NCBI GenBank assembly: GCA_963662545.2
Contig: CAXXLL010000003.1
Coordinates: 640,001-704,000, forward strand
DNA length: 64,000 nt
Origin: Gammaproteobacteria bacterium
GTDB lineage: Bacteria > Pseudomonadota > Gammaproteobacteria > Ga0077536
Direction of reading: 5' to 3'
Both the position numbers and the translations under genes were made by a program. The notes beneath the pieces are model-generated. The model was not told where the DNA came from and did no database searches. It worked only from the letters and a program-made list of their open reading frames with translations. Positions 1 through 10,132 of this stretch are shown piece after piece (the first letter of the stretch is position 1; the number at the start of each line of letters is the position of its first letter).

Positions 1-52
1 TAGTGTCCTACTATAGTTAGGGTCATCAAGGCCAATTAGTAGCACTACCCCG

Positions 53-2107
53 ATGAAGACGGTACACGGCGCCTGCCCTCATGATTGTCCAGACACCTGC
101 GCCTGGTTGGTAACCGTCGACGACGAAGGTCGTGCGGTCAAGTTCGAGGGCGATCCCGACCACCCCTTCACCCAGGGCGCGCTCTGTTCGAAGCTCAAGC
201 GCTACCCCGATCGCGTTTACAGCAAAGACCGTGTCCTCCATCCGTTGCGCCGCACCGGCGCCAAGGGTGACGGCGGTTTCGAGCGTATCAGCTGGGACGA
301 CGCGCTGGATGAAATCGTCTCGCGCCTGCAGGAGACGGTCGCCAAACACGGACCCTTGGCGGCCATGCCCTACAACTTTGCAGGCACGATCGGCATGCTG
401 CAACGCTACGCGGGCGAGCAGTTTTTTCAGCGTCTGGGCGCGACCGAGATCCTCGGAGACATCTGCGGTGCGACCGCTTTCGATGCCGCCGCTTCGGTCA
501 TCGGTCCGATGGATCCCATGCAACCGGAAGATCTCGAGCACAGCCGTTTCATTTTGATCTGGAGCGCGAATACCGTCGCCACCAATGTCCACATGTGGAG
601 TGGCCCCATGAAGACGGCGCGGCGCGCCGGCGCCAAGATCGTCGTCGTCGACCCCATCAAGACCCCGACCGCGGCGCATTCGGACTGGCACATACAGCCT
701 AAGCCAGGGACCGATGCGGCGCTCGCGCTCGCGATGATGCACATCATCGTGCGCGACGATCTGCACGATAAGGAATTCGTGGAACAGCATACCTTGGGCT
801 TCGATAAGTTGTGTGAGCGAATAGCGGAGTATCCACCCGAGCGCGCGGCCGAGATAACCGGGATCGCCGTTGAAGACATCGAACAACTCGCTCATGAGTA
901 CGCCACCACACGGCCGTCGGTGATCCGCTCGCTGGTCGGCATGGAACGCTATTCGAACGGCGACACGAGCGTACGTGCCGTAGTCTGCCTGCCGGCACTG
1001 ATCGGCGGGTGGCGTGAACGCGGCGGCGGCCTGTGCACGTTCACCCTTTGTGCATTCTTCGAGGCCGTGGATCACACGGTGATGATGGCGTCGGCGGAGC
1101 TTCCTCCCCGCGAACGCAAGATATCTCTCTCGCAACTCGGCTTCGCGCTGACCGACCCCGCAATGGATCCCCCCATCGACTGGCTGATGGTCTACAACTC
1201 CAATCCGGTCGTCACCGCGCCCAACCAAAACCTGACGATTAAGGGCCTTAAAAGAGACGACTTGTTCACCGTCGTGCACGAGCACTTCCTGACCGATACC
1301 GCGCGATACGCCGATATCGTCCTACCGGCGACGACACAATTTGAGCACCTCGAACTCATGCCGTCCTGGGGCACGACCTACATCGCGCTGAATCCGCCTG
1401 CGATCGAGCCGCTGGGTGAGGCGATACCCAACACCGAGCTGTTCCGGCGCCTGTCCGTACGCATGGGCTTTACGGAAGAATGCCTGCACCTCAGCGACGA
1501 AGAACGCATTCGACGCATGCTCGATACGGGTAGCCCATATATCGAAGGGATCACTTATGAACGCCTGGAGCGAGACGGCTGGGCGGCGCTCAATATGGGC
1601 GACTACCGGCCACTGACAGAGGGCCGGTTCGCGACGCCGAGCGGTAAATGCGAGTTTTATTCCGAGACCCTCGCCGAAGCCGGACGCGATCCGCTACCGA
1701 CCTACGAGCCCCTGGCTGAGCACGACCACGGCAATGGTCACGACGCGCCCCTGCACCTCGTAACGGCGAAGATCAGCCACTTTCTGAACTCCGAATACGT
1801 CAATCTTCGGCACCGGGGCACGATCAAGCACCAACCCGAAGTCGATATCAATCCGGCCGACGCGCGTACGCGGGGCATCGTCAGTGGCGATATGGTCCGC
1901 GTGTTCAACCGCTACGGCGAGGTGCATGTTCGGGCCAGCGTTTCAAATGTGACGGCCCGCGGCGTGGCTTACCTCCCGTTTAACTGGTGGCCCGAAACGA
2001 CGGCCAACGGCGCGTCGGCCAACGCTTTAACGCCCGACGGCAAAGCGCGCAGCAACATCGGCAGCGACGCCTTCGACGCCCATGTCGAGATTCAGAAAGC
2101 GGGCTAG
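53..2107 (+). CDS. Molybdopterin-dependent oxidoreductase (DMSO reductase superfamily, cytoplasmic)
   Basis: N-terminal CPHDCPDTC...LC Fe4S4 motif, FLTDTARYADIVLPA, C-terminal INPADA molybdopterin-dinucleotide domain; no Tat leader. Confidence 0.9.
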   Translation: MKTVHGACPHDCPDTCAWLVTVDDEGRAVKFEGDPDHPFTQGALCSKLKRYPDRVYSKDRVLHPLRRTGAKGDGGFERISWDDALDEIVSRLQETVAKHGPLAAMPYNFAGTIGMLQRYAGEQFFQRLGATEILGDICGATAFDAAASVIGPMDPMQPEDLEHSRFILIWSANTVATNVHMWSGPMKTARRAGAKIVVVDPIKTPTAAHSDWHIQPKPGTDAALALAMMHIIVRDDLHDKEFVEQHTLGFDKLCERIAEYPPERAAEITGIAVEDIEQLAHEYATTRPSVIRSLVGMERYSNGDTSVRAVVCLPALIGGWRERGGGLCTFTLCAFFEAVDHTVMMASAELPPRERKISLSQLGFALTDPAMDPPIDWLMVYNSNPVVTAPNQNLTIKGLKRDDLFTVVHEHFLTDTARYADIVLPATTQFEHLELMPSWGTTYIALNPPAIEPLGEAIPNTELFRRLSVRMGFTEECLHLSDEERIRRMLDTGSPYIEGITYERLERDGWAALNMGDYRPLTEGRFATPSGKCEFYSETLAEAGRDPLPTYEPLAEHDHGNGHDAPLHLVTAKISHFLNSEYVNLRHRGTIKHQPEVDINPADARTRGIVSGDMVRVFNRYGEVHVRASVSNVTARGVAYLPFNWWPETTANGASANALTPDGKARSNIGSDAFDAHVEIQKAG

Positions 2108-2151
2108 CAGAGACAAGCGGGGCCGAAAAAGGCCGTTTAAACTACTGCCGG

Positions 2152-2712
2152 CTAGATCGTGAGTTCGTCCGGCATATTGACCAAGAGAACCGGTCGATAA
2201 AACCGGACCATCATGGCCTCGCCCGACGCGTCCCGCGAACCTTCATCCGCGCGGCCGGGCTGAAACCACTCCATTGCCTTGCCGCCCAGCCGTTGGTAGT
2301 GCCGCGTTACCGCGGCTGCGATGCGCGCTTGCACGGCCGCGCCATCATCGACCGGCGCGAAAAAAATACGCAGTCCGTTCAGCTCCGCGCGAAGATCCGC
2401 GGCATTGGCCGTGAGGGCCCGAGGCCCTTCTCCCGGTTCGTAGACGCGCCGCAGACGCCCTTCGGCCCGGTCTGCGGCCGCATGCAAACCATGTTCGCCG
2501 CGCAGGAAGGCCGCGACGTGCGCCGCGTGGGCGGGGGCGACGCCATCATTCGCGACACCGACAGCGTTGACCCGATCGGCCTGATTGGACAGAAATGACC
2601 AGAGATAGATTCCCGGCCGCCAGGCGTCTTCCTGTGCGAACAAAAAGGCGCGCTCAGCGTCCTGCTCCAGCAGCGCCATTGGACCGCGGAGCTTGAGCTC
2701 AATGACTTTCAT
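2152..2712 (-). CDS. Hypothetical protein, possibly a degenerate GIY-YIG-like fold
   Basis: 186-aa ORF filling the intergenic space; PGIYLW motif. Confidence 0.6.
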   Translation of the reverse strand: MKVIELKLRGPMALLEQDAERAFLFAQEDAWRPGIYLWSFLSNQADRVNAVGVANDGVAPAHAAHVAAFLRGEHGLHAAADRAEGRLRRVYEPGEGPRALTANAADLRAELNGLRIFFAPVDDGAAVQARIAAAVTRHYQRLGGKAMEWFQPGRADEGSRDASGEAMMVRFYRPVLLVNMPDELTI

Positions 2713-2762
2713 TCAACGGATTAAAGGATCGCGACCGCGGAAGATCAATGCTGGGCGTCGAT

Positions 2763-3488
2763 TCATTTGCCCGTCGCCGCAACATAGATCGTGCACGACG
2801 ATGAATCGCCGGAATACAGATTAGGAAAACTGATGACTTCGGCGCCGGACGTGGCGAAGACGTCGCTGAGTACGCCTTCGAAGTCAGCATCGGGTGGATC
2901 GTTCGACCACATCGCGAACACCCCGCCCGGGCGCAGGCGCCGCTCGAGGCCCCGAAGACCTGCGCGTGTATAAAACGCTTTGTTTCGATCGTCCAGAACG
3001 TGACTTGGTGCATGGTCGATATCGACCAACACAGCGTCGAACTGGCGTTCGGCTTCAAGCGGGTCAAACCCATCCGAGGCCGGATGGGCCATCGCGAAGA
3101 AATCACCATGGATCAGCCGGCAGCGGACATCCGAGGTCAATGCGTGGCCGAGCGGCACCAGGCCCACGCGGTGCCATGCGATGACCGCTTCGAGCACCTC
3201 GATAACGATGAGTGAATTGACGGCGTCGTGATTGAGGACCGCATCGGCGGTGAAACCGAGACCGAGCCCCGCCACCACAACGTCGATTCCCTTGGTTTCG
3301 AGCCTGCCGAGGGCAAGGTCGGCGAGTGCAATCTCACCGGCGGTGAACAGACTCGACATCAGAAAAGCATCGTCGAGCTTGACCTCGAAAACCTCCTCGC
3401 CCCTCGCCATCGGTTCGCGCCTGCGACGCAGGATCAACGCGCCCAGGGGCGTTTGCTGGTAGTCGAGTTCCTCGAATTTATCGCTCAC
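2763..3488 (-). CDS. Spermidine synthase-like SAM-dependent methyltransferase-fold protein
   Basis: VAGLGLGFTA glycine motif, VIEV, GDFF, LVDIDH; start moved to GTG at 3488. Confidence 0.8.
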   Translation of the reverse strand: MSDKFEELDYQQTPLGALILRRRREPMARGEEVFEVKLDDAFLMSSLFTAGEIALADLALGRLETKGIDVVVAGLGLGFTADAVLNHDAVNSLIVIEVLEAVIAWHRVGLVPLGHALTSDVRCRLIHGDFFAMAHPASDGFDPLEAERQFDAVLVDIDHAPSHVLDDRNKAFYTRAGLRGLERRLRPGGVFAMWSNDPPDADFEGVLSDVFATSGAEVISFPNLYSGDSSSCTIYVAATGK

Positions 3489-3511
3489 GATCGCTTGCTT
3501 TGAATCGCCTG

Positions 3512-4273
3512 TCAGGCCAGGGACACGAGCCGCCGTAGACGAAAAGCGATGGCCCCCACCGGTGCCGCAACCTGGATGATCACGGGTGAATACAGTAATT
3601 TCTGGACGCCGATGCCAAACAGAAGTACGTGAACCGGCATGAACTCCCACGCGCCGGTCGTCCAGTTAAGATTTACCGTTCCGAAACCTAAAAGAATGAA
3701 GATCATCCACAACCATTTGAACCGGTGGATGGGCGCACGCATGCATTGAATCAACGAATGGACGACGAAAACGAAGACCGCAGCGGCGGCGACCAAGATC
3801 GCGTAATGCGCGGGTGTCTTTCCATCCAGGGTGAAACGATGGGTGTTCACTACGGATTCGGCGGCGTGTTCGACATTGATACCGTCGACGAAAAGTTCTG
3901 GTCCTTCGCGGTGCATGGCGACACCTGCGAGCAACCACTGCCCCGGGTATTCGTACTCGAAGGTGAACTGTGCCCGCCATGTTCCCGCTACGGTCTCGGT
4001 ATGCGATCCGACGAGTTTGACGCTCGTCGGCTGGATCTTGGGAAAACTCTCCGAAAGCGTCGCGACTTCGGCACGAATCGCCGGTGAGACGATCTGCGGA
4101 CTCAAGCCGGCTTCCACCTGTTCGATGTCGCCGTCCGCGAGCCGCGACAGAAAGTGTTCAGCATAGGCGGCTTCGTCCTCCGGCACGAGTCGGTCAAATG
4201 CAGCCTGCTGATCGCAAGCGGCCAGAAACACGGTATTCATCAGCAGAAAAACAGTTAAGGGCTTCAAAGTCAT
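3512..4273 (-). CDS. Putative lipoprotein with C-terminal transmembrane helices
   Basis: Lipobox-like FLAAC; hydrophobic C-terminal segments. Confidence 0.65.
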   Translation of the reverse strand: MTLKPLTVFLLMNTVFLAACDQQAAFDRLVPEDEAAYAEHFLSRLADGDIEQVEAGLSPQIVSPAIRAEVATLSESFPKIQPTSVKLVGSHTETVAGTWRAQFTFEYEYPGQWLLAGVAMHREGPELFVDGINVEHAAESVVNTHRFTLDGKTPAHYAILVAAAAVFVFVVHSLIQCMRAPIHRFKWLWMIFILLGFGTVNLNWTTGAWEFMPVHVLLFGIGVQKLLYSPVIIQVAAPVGAIAFRLRRLVSLA

Positions 4274-4286
4274 TGGAGCAGGTCGG

Positions 4287-4700
4287 CTATCGCCGGTCTC
4301 GCAACCTCCCGTCCGTGTTCAAATCTGCACCTCGCTCGCGCAGCAGTTCGCGCAGTGTCGAGCGGTGGCAACGCGACTCCTCGGCGCAGTAACAGCCTAC
4401 TGAAAAGTCCGTCTGGTGGGAAAGTGCCGCGAGTAGATCGAGCGTCCGGGCATTTTCCGGCGCCCGCATCTCCGCACGGTACTTGCGCTCGAACGCTTTC
4501 CAGTCGCGCTCTGATTCGGCTTTTTGCGCCAGTTTGATCGTCTCGCCTTGCGGCGCAAGATTAGGAAACCAGACGTCGAACCAGTTGCCCTTTGCATAGT
4601 CGCTTTTCGGAATACCTCGGGGCGGCCGCCTGACCGTGCCGATCCGCAAGCCTTCACCGGGTGCCCTGTCGCTGCCCAATCGAACGATATGTAACGCCAT
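4287..4700 (-). CDS. DUF488 family protein (YeaO-like)
   Basis: VRRPPRG, WFPNLAP, CYCAEESRCHR motifs. Confidence 0.8.
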   Translation of the reverse strand: MALHIVRLGSDRAPGEGLRIGTVRRPPRGIPKSDYAKGNWFDVWFPNLAPQGETIKLAQKAESERDWKAFERKYRAEMRAPENARTLDLLAALSHQTDFSVGCYCAEESRCHRSTLRELLRERGADLNTDGRLRDRR

Positions 4701-4791
4701 AACTTTCGGAACCTCGCCCTATTTCCCGCAATTTAGCATTTCTCGTTTACTTGTCCGATACTACCGTGCGTCGTCAAACGCCTCACGTATC

Positions 4792-5259
4792 GTGAACAGA
4801 AACATCGCTCCAACTGCCCGCTACGCGCTAAACGTGCTGCTCGATTCGAATTCGCGCTTGTTAATGTTAAAGCGGAGTCTGGATGCGAAGCTGGGACCGG
4901 GCCGGTGGGGATTGCCGGCAGGTAAAATCGAGCCCGGCGAGACGCCCGAGGCGGCTGCCATGCGCGAAATGGCCGAGGAGATCGGACCTGGACATGAAGT
5001 CGAACTCACTCGCTATGTCGGTCCCTTTCGAGACACCTACTACGGCGGTCAATTCGAAATCCATCTTTTTCAGTTTAATTGGACCGGGGGTAGCATCGTG
5101 CTCAACCACGAGCACACCGAGTACGCCTGGGTCGGGCGGGGGGAGTTCCGCGATTATGAGGTCATGGACGGCATCGACGAGGACATCGCGATCCTCGGGA
5201 TCTGGCCGCTGCAATTCCTGAACGCCGCGCGGCTTCCGGCGCATTTGCAACGCGACTGA
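4792..5259 (+). CDS. NUDIX hydrolase
   Basis: Nudix box GKIEPGETPEAAAMREMAEEIG; start GTG 4792 is inferred. Confidence 0.85.
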   Translation: MNRNIAPTARYALNVLLDSNSRLLMLKRSLDAKLGPGRWGLPAGKIEPGETPEAAAMREMAEEIGPGHEVELTRYVGPFRDTYYGGQFEIHLFQFNWTGGSIVLNHEHTEYAWVGRGEFRDYEVMDGIDEDIAILGIWPLQFLNAARLPAHLQRD

Positions 5260-5262
5260 ATC

Positions 5263-6036
5263 TTGCGCGTGACCCTGCATTTCGAACGCGTTGGCGACGG
5301 CCCGCCGGTCGTTGTTCTCCACGGGCTTTTCGGCGCGGGCCGCAACTGGCTCACCGTTGCGCGGCGCTTGTCCGATCGGTACACGTTTTATCTGGTTGAT
5401 CTGCGCAATCACGGCCGCTCCCCACACGCTGAATCGATGACCTATACGGATATGGTCGCGGACGTGCGCGCGCTGGTCGATGAGCTCGATTTGAAGGACT
5501 TCGTGCTGGTCGGACACAGTATGGGCGGCAAAGCCGCCATGACCATGGCGCTGAACGATGCGCGGGGTATCGCCCGTCTCGTGTGCGTCGATATCGCGCC
5601 CGTAAGATACCCGGATCACTTCGAGGCGATGATCGACGCCATGCTTGCGATCGACATGGAGCAAATCAAGCGGCGGTCCGACGCCGAGCGCCTACTGGTC
5701 GACGCCATTGCGGAACAATCGGTGCGGTTGTTCATCCTGCAGAACCTGGTGTTCGAGAACGGACGGGCGCGTTGGCGCGCCAACCTGAAAGCACTAAAGG
5801 ATCAAATGCCGCACATTCTCGGTCTCCTGCCGGTCGCCGACGATGCGCGCTTTGCAGGTGAAACCTGGTTCATCCGCGGCGAGCTGTCCGATCGCATTAC
5901 CGACGAACATCTCGTGATCATCAACACGCTGTTCAGTGATCACCGTATCGAAACCGTCGCCAACGGCGGACACTGGCCGCATTCGGAATCGCCGGAAGCG
6001 TTCATGGCAATATTCGAGCGCGCCCTCGATATGTGA
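5263..6036 (+). CDS. Alpha/beta hydrolase, YbfF-like esterase
   Basis: HGLFG, DLRNHG, GHSMGG nucleophile elbow, GHWPH. Confidence 0.85.
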   Translation: MRVTLHFERVGDGPPVVVLHGLFGAGRNWLTVARRLSDRYTFYLVDLRNHGRSPHAESMTYTDMVADVRALVDELDLKDFVLVGHSMGGKAAMTMALNDARGIARLVCVDIAPVRYPDHFEAMIDAMLAIDMEQIKRRSDAERLLVDAIAEQSVRLFILQNLVFENGRARWRANLKALKDQMPHILGLLPVADDARFAGETWFIRGELSDRITDEHLVIINTLFSDHRIETVANGGHWPHSESPEAFMAIFERALDM

Positions 6037-6083
6037 ATCGGGAATTCGCGCTGATTGGCCCCTGCGCATTGAGACGGAATGCG

Positions 6084-6146
6084 ATTCGCCCGCAAACGGG
6101 CTCCTACATGACCGGCGCGTCCGTACGAGCCCGCTTGCAGGCGAAT
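6084..6146. repeat. Inverted doublet of GTAG-type REP sequences
   Basis: ATTCGCCCGCAAACGGGCTCCTAC (6084-6107) and GTACGAGCCCGCTTGCAGGCGAAT (6123-6146) are near reverse complements. Confidence 0.7.
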
Positions 6147-6221
6147 GAGGCGTCGCGCTAGACCTCGACCCTACGGCTGGGCACAATGCCGCCTCCCCGA
6201 CACGCTTTGAACGCGGATCCC

Positions 6222-7439
6222 ATGCCGAAATCTCAAGTCAAAAAAGTCGTTCTCGCCTATTCCGGCGGTCTCGATACATCGGTCATTCTGAAGTGGCTGG
6301 AGGAGGAGTATCGATGCGAGGTAGTCACTTTTACCGCTGACATCGGCCAGGGCGAAGAACTCGAGCACGCCCGCTCCAAGGCGACCCGGATGGGCATCAA
6401 AGAGATCTACGTCGACGACCTCACCGAGGAGTTCGTTCGCGATTTCGTGTTTCCAATGTTTCGGGCCAACGCCCAATACGAAGGCGAATACCTGCTCGGT
6501 ACTTCGATCGCCCGCCCGCTGATCGCGAAACGCCTGGTAGAGATCGCGCGGGAAACCAAGGCCGATGCAATAGCGCATGGCGCTACCGGCAAGGGTAACG
6601 ACCAGGTTCGCTTCGAACTGGGCGCTTACGCGCTGGAACCCGGCATCAAAGTCATCGCACCGTGGCGGGAATGGCATCTCAATTCGCGTGAGAAACTGCT
6701 GGCCTATGCCGAACAGCACGATATTCCGGTCGAATACAAGAGCGGCTCTTCTTCCCCCTATTCGATGGATGCAAACCTGTTGCACATTTCATACGAAGGC
6801 GGGGTCCTCGAAGATCCCTGGGCAAGCGCCGAGCAATCCATGTGGAGATGGAGCGTCGCGCCCGAAGACGCGCCCGACGAATCCGCTGTCATCGAGCTCG
6901 AATACGAATGCGGCGATATCGTCGCCATTGACGGCGAGCGCATGAGCCCGGCCGGCGTTCTCAGGCGCCTCAACGAGCTTGGCGGCGACAACGGCGTGGG
7001 GCGGCTCGACATCGTCGAAAACCGCTATGTAGGCATGAAATCGCGAGGCTGCTATGAAACACCGGGCGGCACGATCATGGCGAAAACACACCGTGCGATA
7101 GAGTCCCTGACTCTCGATCGCGAGGTCGCTCACCTGAAAGACGACCTGATGCCACGCTATGCGTCGCTGATCTACAACGGTTACTGGTGGAGCCCCGAAC
7201 GGCAATCGCTGCAAACGCTGATCGACGCGTCCCAGGCGAACGTGAATGGTACGGTGCGCGTACGCCTATACAAGGGCAACGTCATCGTCGAAGGCCGCCG
7301 ATCGGATCAGGACAGCCTGTTCGATCCTTCGCTTGCCACCTTCGAGGACGACGCGGGCGCCTATGATCAGGCGGACGCGGACGGTTTCATCAAGCTCAAC
7401 GCGCTCAGATTGCGCGTTCGCACGAAAAGAAATACCTGA
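6222..7439 (+). CDS. argG: Argininosuccinate synthase
   Basis: [34 protein letters not shown]. Confidence 0.97.
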   Translation: MPKSQVKKVVLAYSGGLDTSVILKWLEEEYRCEVVTFTADIGQGEELEHARSKATRMGIKEIYVDDLTEEFVRDFVFPMFRANAQYEGEYLLGTSIARPLIAKRLVEIARETKADAIAHGATGKGNDQVRFELGAYALEPGIKVIAPWREWHLNSREKLLAYAEQHDIPVEYKSGSSSPYSMDANLLHISYEGGVLEDPWASAEQSMWRWSVAPEDAPDESAVIELEYECGDIVAIDGERMSPAGVLRRLNELGGDNGVGRLDIVENRYVGMKSRGCYETPGGTIMAKTHRAIESLTLDREVAHLKDDLMPRYASLIYNGYWWSPERQSLQTLIDASQANVNGTVRVRLYKGNVIVEGRRSDQDSLFDPSLATFEDDAGAYDQADADGFIKLNALRLRVRTKRNT

Positions 7440-7455
7440 CCGCGCCCTGTCGGCG

Positions 7456-7543
7456 TGTGACCCGGTTCACACTACCGTGGGCTTCCCGGCGTTTTCGTGA
7501 TCCCGTTCACGTTCAAGCGCGAAAGCGTGTGAAGCCGATCACG
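7456..7543. promoter_or_regulatory. Three CRP-family (TGTGA-N6-TCACA) like sites
   Basis: TGTGA-cccggt-TCACA (7456-7471), CGTGA-tcccgt-TCACG (7496-7511), TGTGA-agccga-TCACG (7528-7543). Confidence 0.65.
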
Positions 7544-7672
7544 ACACGTTTTTCAGTTCGTAACAATAATTTACATTGACGGCGTCGTACCCGCCACTGT
7601 GCCCTCGGGCTTCTCCCGCCCGCCGGCAGCGCGCGGCGGAAGACGATTAAGAAAAGTTACGGAACGAAAAAC

Positions 7673-10090
7673 ATGACCGAAAACAGCCCAAATGCAGTGC
7701 ACGGTTCGAAATCCCTCGCGACCGTATTCAAATCGGATACGACCGAGGCAACCGCCACCGACCGCTACCAAAACGACATCAGCCGCTGCTGGGTCGCGAT
7801 CAACCTGCTGGCGATCGCCGGCGTCAGCGCGGCTTTCCGAAACTCGGTGCCGGTGGTGCTCTTGGCCTCATGGTCGAGCTTCACTCTGCTTAACACGCTG
7901 CTCCATCTTGCCAGCCGCTCGGGATTTATCATTGGTAACGCCGCCGCCCGCAGCAAGTTATTCAATAGTGGAATCGCCCTGGTGTTCGGGCTGTCTTGGG
8001 GCACCGGCGTGGCCGTGCTGCTGCCGCTGTCGGACCCCGTTCAGGCTAGTATCCTTCTCGCCGCCGCGTTCGGTGTTGCCGTCGCCGCCGTTCCGGTCTT
8101 CGCCGAATTCCCCACCTCGTACAACTTCTTCACGGTAACGCTAGGCGCACTGGCAATCGCCGGAACGCTCGCCGACGACCGCTATGTGCTCGCGATCTTG
8201 TGGATCGTTCCTGCTGGCATCACGATCTTAATCATGGCGAGCACCTATTACCGCTCGCTAGAGAACCTACGCAGCATCGTCCACCACTTTCTCGGAGTAG
8301 TCGAAGGCGGTCTGCAGGATACCGATCCACGATCTTATGCCGACCGCGACCTCGCTATTGTCGCGGACATGAAGATCAAAGCGATGAGCAGCGCCTTAGC
8401 CGTCCGCGACCGCAATCGGCGCCTCCTTAGGGCGCTCGGCGACGCAGTTGTTTCGACTGACACGGAAGGCCGCATCGACTACACCAACCCGGTTGCCGAA
8501 GTGTTGCTCGGCTGGACGCACAAGGATCTGGAGGGCCGACCGATCGAAAAACGTATGCGCCTCGTCGTTCCGCCGGACAAAAAGAACATTTCACGAGAAA
8601 TTTTCGACCAGGCACGTCTGACCCGCCGCACGCAAAGTCGCTGTGAAAACGCACAACTGATCCGTAAGGACGGCGTCATCTACGGCATCGATTACGTCGT
8701 AACCCCCATCAAGGATGAATGCGGGAAATTCTCCGGATCGGTTTTTATTATGCGTGACGTTACGGAAAAGCGTCAACGCGCAGAGAGCATCGCGTGGCAG
8801 GCCAAACACGATCCGCTGACCGGTACCATCAATCGTAACGAATTCGAACTCCGCCTGAAGAAGCTCGTGCGTCGCGCGCACGATGAAAACGCCAACGTCC
8901 ACAGCCTGCTCTTTCTCGATATGGACAAATTCAAGTTCATTAACGACAGTTACGGTCACGCTGCCGGTGATTCGGCTCTCAAGGCCATCGCGGGTATTTT
9001 GCGAACGCGGATTCGGGGCGCGGACACACTGGCGCGCGTTGGCGGCGATGAATTCACCGCCCTTTTGTACAGCTGTTCGATCGAAAAGGCGCGTCTCATC
9101 GGCGAAGGTCTGCGCAGCGCCGTCGATAAACACGAGTTCATGTGGCAATCGATCCGGCTGCCGGTTTCGATCAGCATCGGCATCGTCGAGATCAATAAGA
9201 ATTGCAAAAGCGCGGCCGAGATCATCCGCCGTGCGGATTCGGCCTGCTACACGGCGAAGAAATTCGGCCGTAACCGCGTTCACCTGTTCGAGCGCAACCA
9301 GGGAAACGCGAACAAACAGGCTCGGGTATTCGACTACGTCAAGGACATTCAAACGGCCATACACGGCAACCGTTTAGAGTTATTCTATCAGCCGATTTGC
9401 CCGACCGCAGGCGCCCAAGCTTCCAGGCGATGTGAACTCAGCGTCGGGATTCGCAACGGCGAAGGAAATTTCATACCCCGAGGTGAACTGTCCGACCTGG
9501 CGCGCCGCTATCAACTGACCGAAGAGATCGACCGCTGGGTCGTCAAAGCAGCCATCGATGCCTTGCGTCTCAGCCACCCCACGCTTAGCGACATGGAACT
9601 CGTTCTCGTGCCGCTTTCGCAACAGACCCTGTCGGACGATCGCCTTCTCGATTTCATCATTCAAAACGTCAAACAGAATAAGGCCGACAGCAATCGTCTC
9701 GGATTCATTTTCGATGAACCCGGCTTGACCGGGCACCTGGAATACATCCGCTATTTCGTCACGGCCTTGAAGCAGTACGACTGCCACTTCATGGTCAGCG
9801 ACATGGGGTTCGGTAGTGAATCCGTCAATTTGGTCAAATCCCTGCAGGTGGATTTTCTCGGGATCCGCGGGGCTCTGGTCGAAAACATGCTTTACAACTC
9901 GTTCGACTACGAAGTCGTACTGGGATTGACCCGTATTGCGCACAGCCTCGGCATGAAAACCGTCGCCGAAAGTACGGACAGTAAATCGGTGCGCGACGCC
10001 CTGGCGAAAATGGGTGTCGACTACGGCAAAGGGCAGATCAGCGGCGGCCGACGGCGGGTGTCCATCTATAGTGAGGCGCAGTGGATCTGA
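7673..10090 (+). CDS. Membrane-anchored PAS-GGDEF-EAL(degenerate) protein, probable diguanylate cyclase
   Basis: N-terminal TM helices, PAS/PAC, HDPLTG, RGAD I-site, GGDEF; EAL motifs are eroded. Confidence 0.9.
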   Translation: MTENSPNAVHGSKSLATVFKSDTTEATATDRYQNDISRCWVAINLLAIAGVSAAFRNSVPVVLLASWSSFTLLNTLLHLASRSGFIIGNAAARSKLFNSGIALVFGLSWGTGVAVLLPLSDPVQASILLAAAFGVAVAAVPVFAEFPTSYNFFTVTLGALAIAGTLADDRYVLAILWIVPAGITILIMASTYYRSLENLRSIVHHFLGVVEGGLQDTDPRSYADRDLAIVADMKIKAMSSALAVRDRNRRLLRALGDAVVSTDTEGRIDYTNPVAEVLLGWTHKDLEGRPIEKRMRLVVPPDKKNISREIFDQARLTRRTQSRCENAQLIRKDGVIYGIDYVVTPIKDECGKFSGSVFIMRDVTEKRQRAESIAWQAKHDPLTGTINRNEFELRLKKLVRRAHDENANVHSLLFLDMDKFKFINDSYGHAAGDSALKAIAGILRTRIRGADTLARVGGDEFTALLYSCSIEKARLIGEGLRSAVDKHEFMWQSIRLPVSISIGIVEINKNCKSAAEIIRRADSACYTAKKFGRNRVHLFERNQGNANKQARVFDYVKDIQTAIHGNRLELFYQPICPTAGAQASRRCELSVGIRNGEGNFIPRGELSDLARRYQLTEEIDRWVVKAAIDALRLSHPTLSDMELVLVPLSQQTLSDDRLLDFIIQNVKQNKADSNRLGFIFDEPGLTGHLEYIRYFVTALKQYDCHFMVSDMGFGSESVNLVKSLQVDFLGIRGALVENMLYNSFDYEVVLGLTRIAHSLGMKTVAESTDSKSVRDALAKMGVDYGKGQISGGRRRVSIYSEAQWI

Positions 10091-10132
10091 GATAGCACTT
10101 TGTCTCACATGCGATTGAATAGCCGAGTCTTC

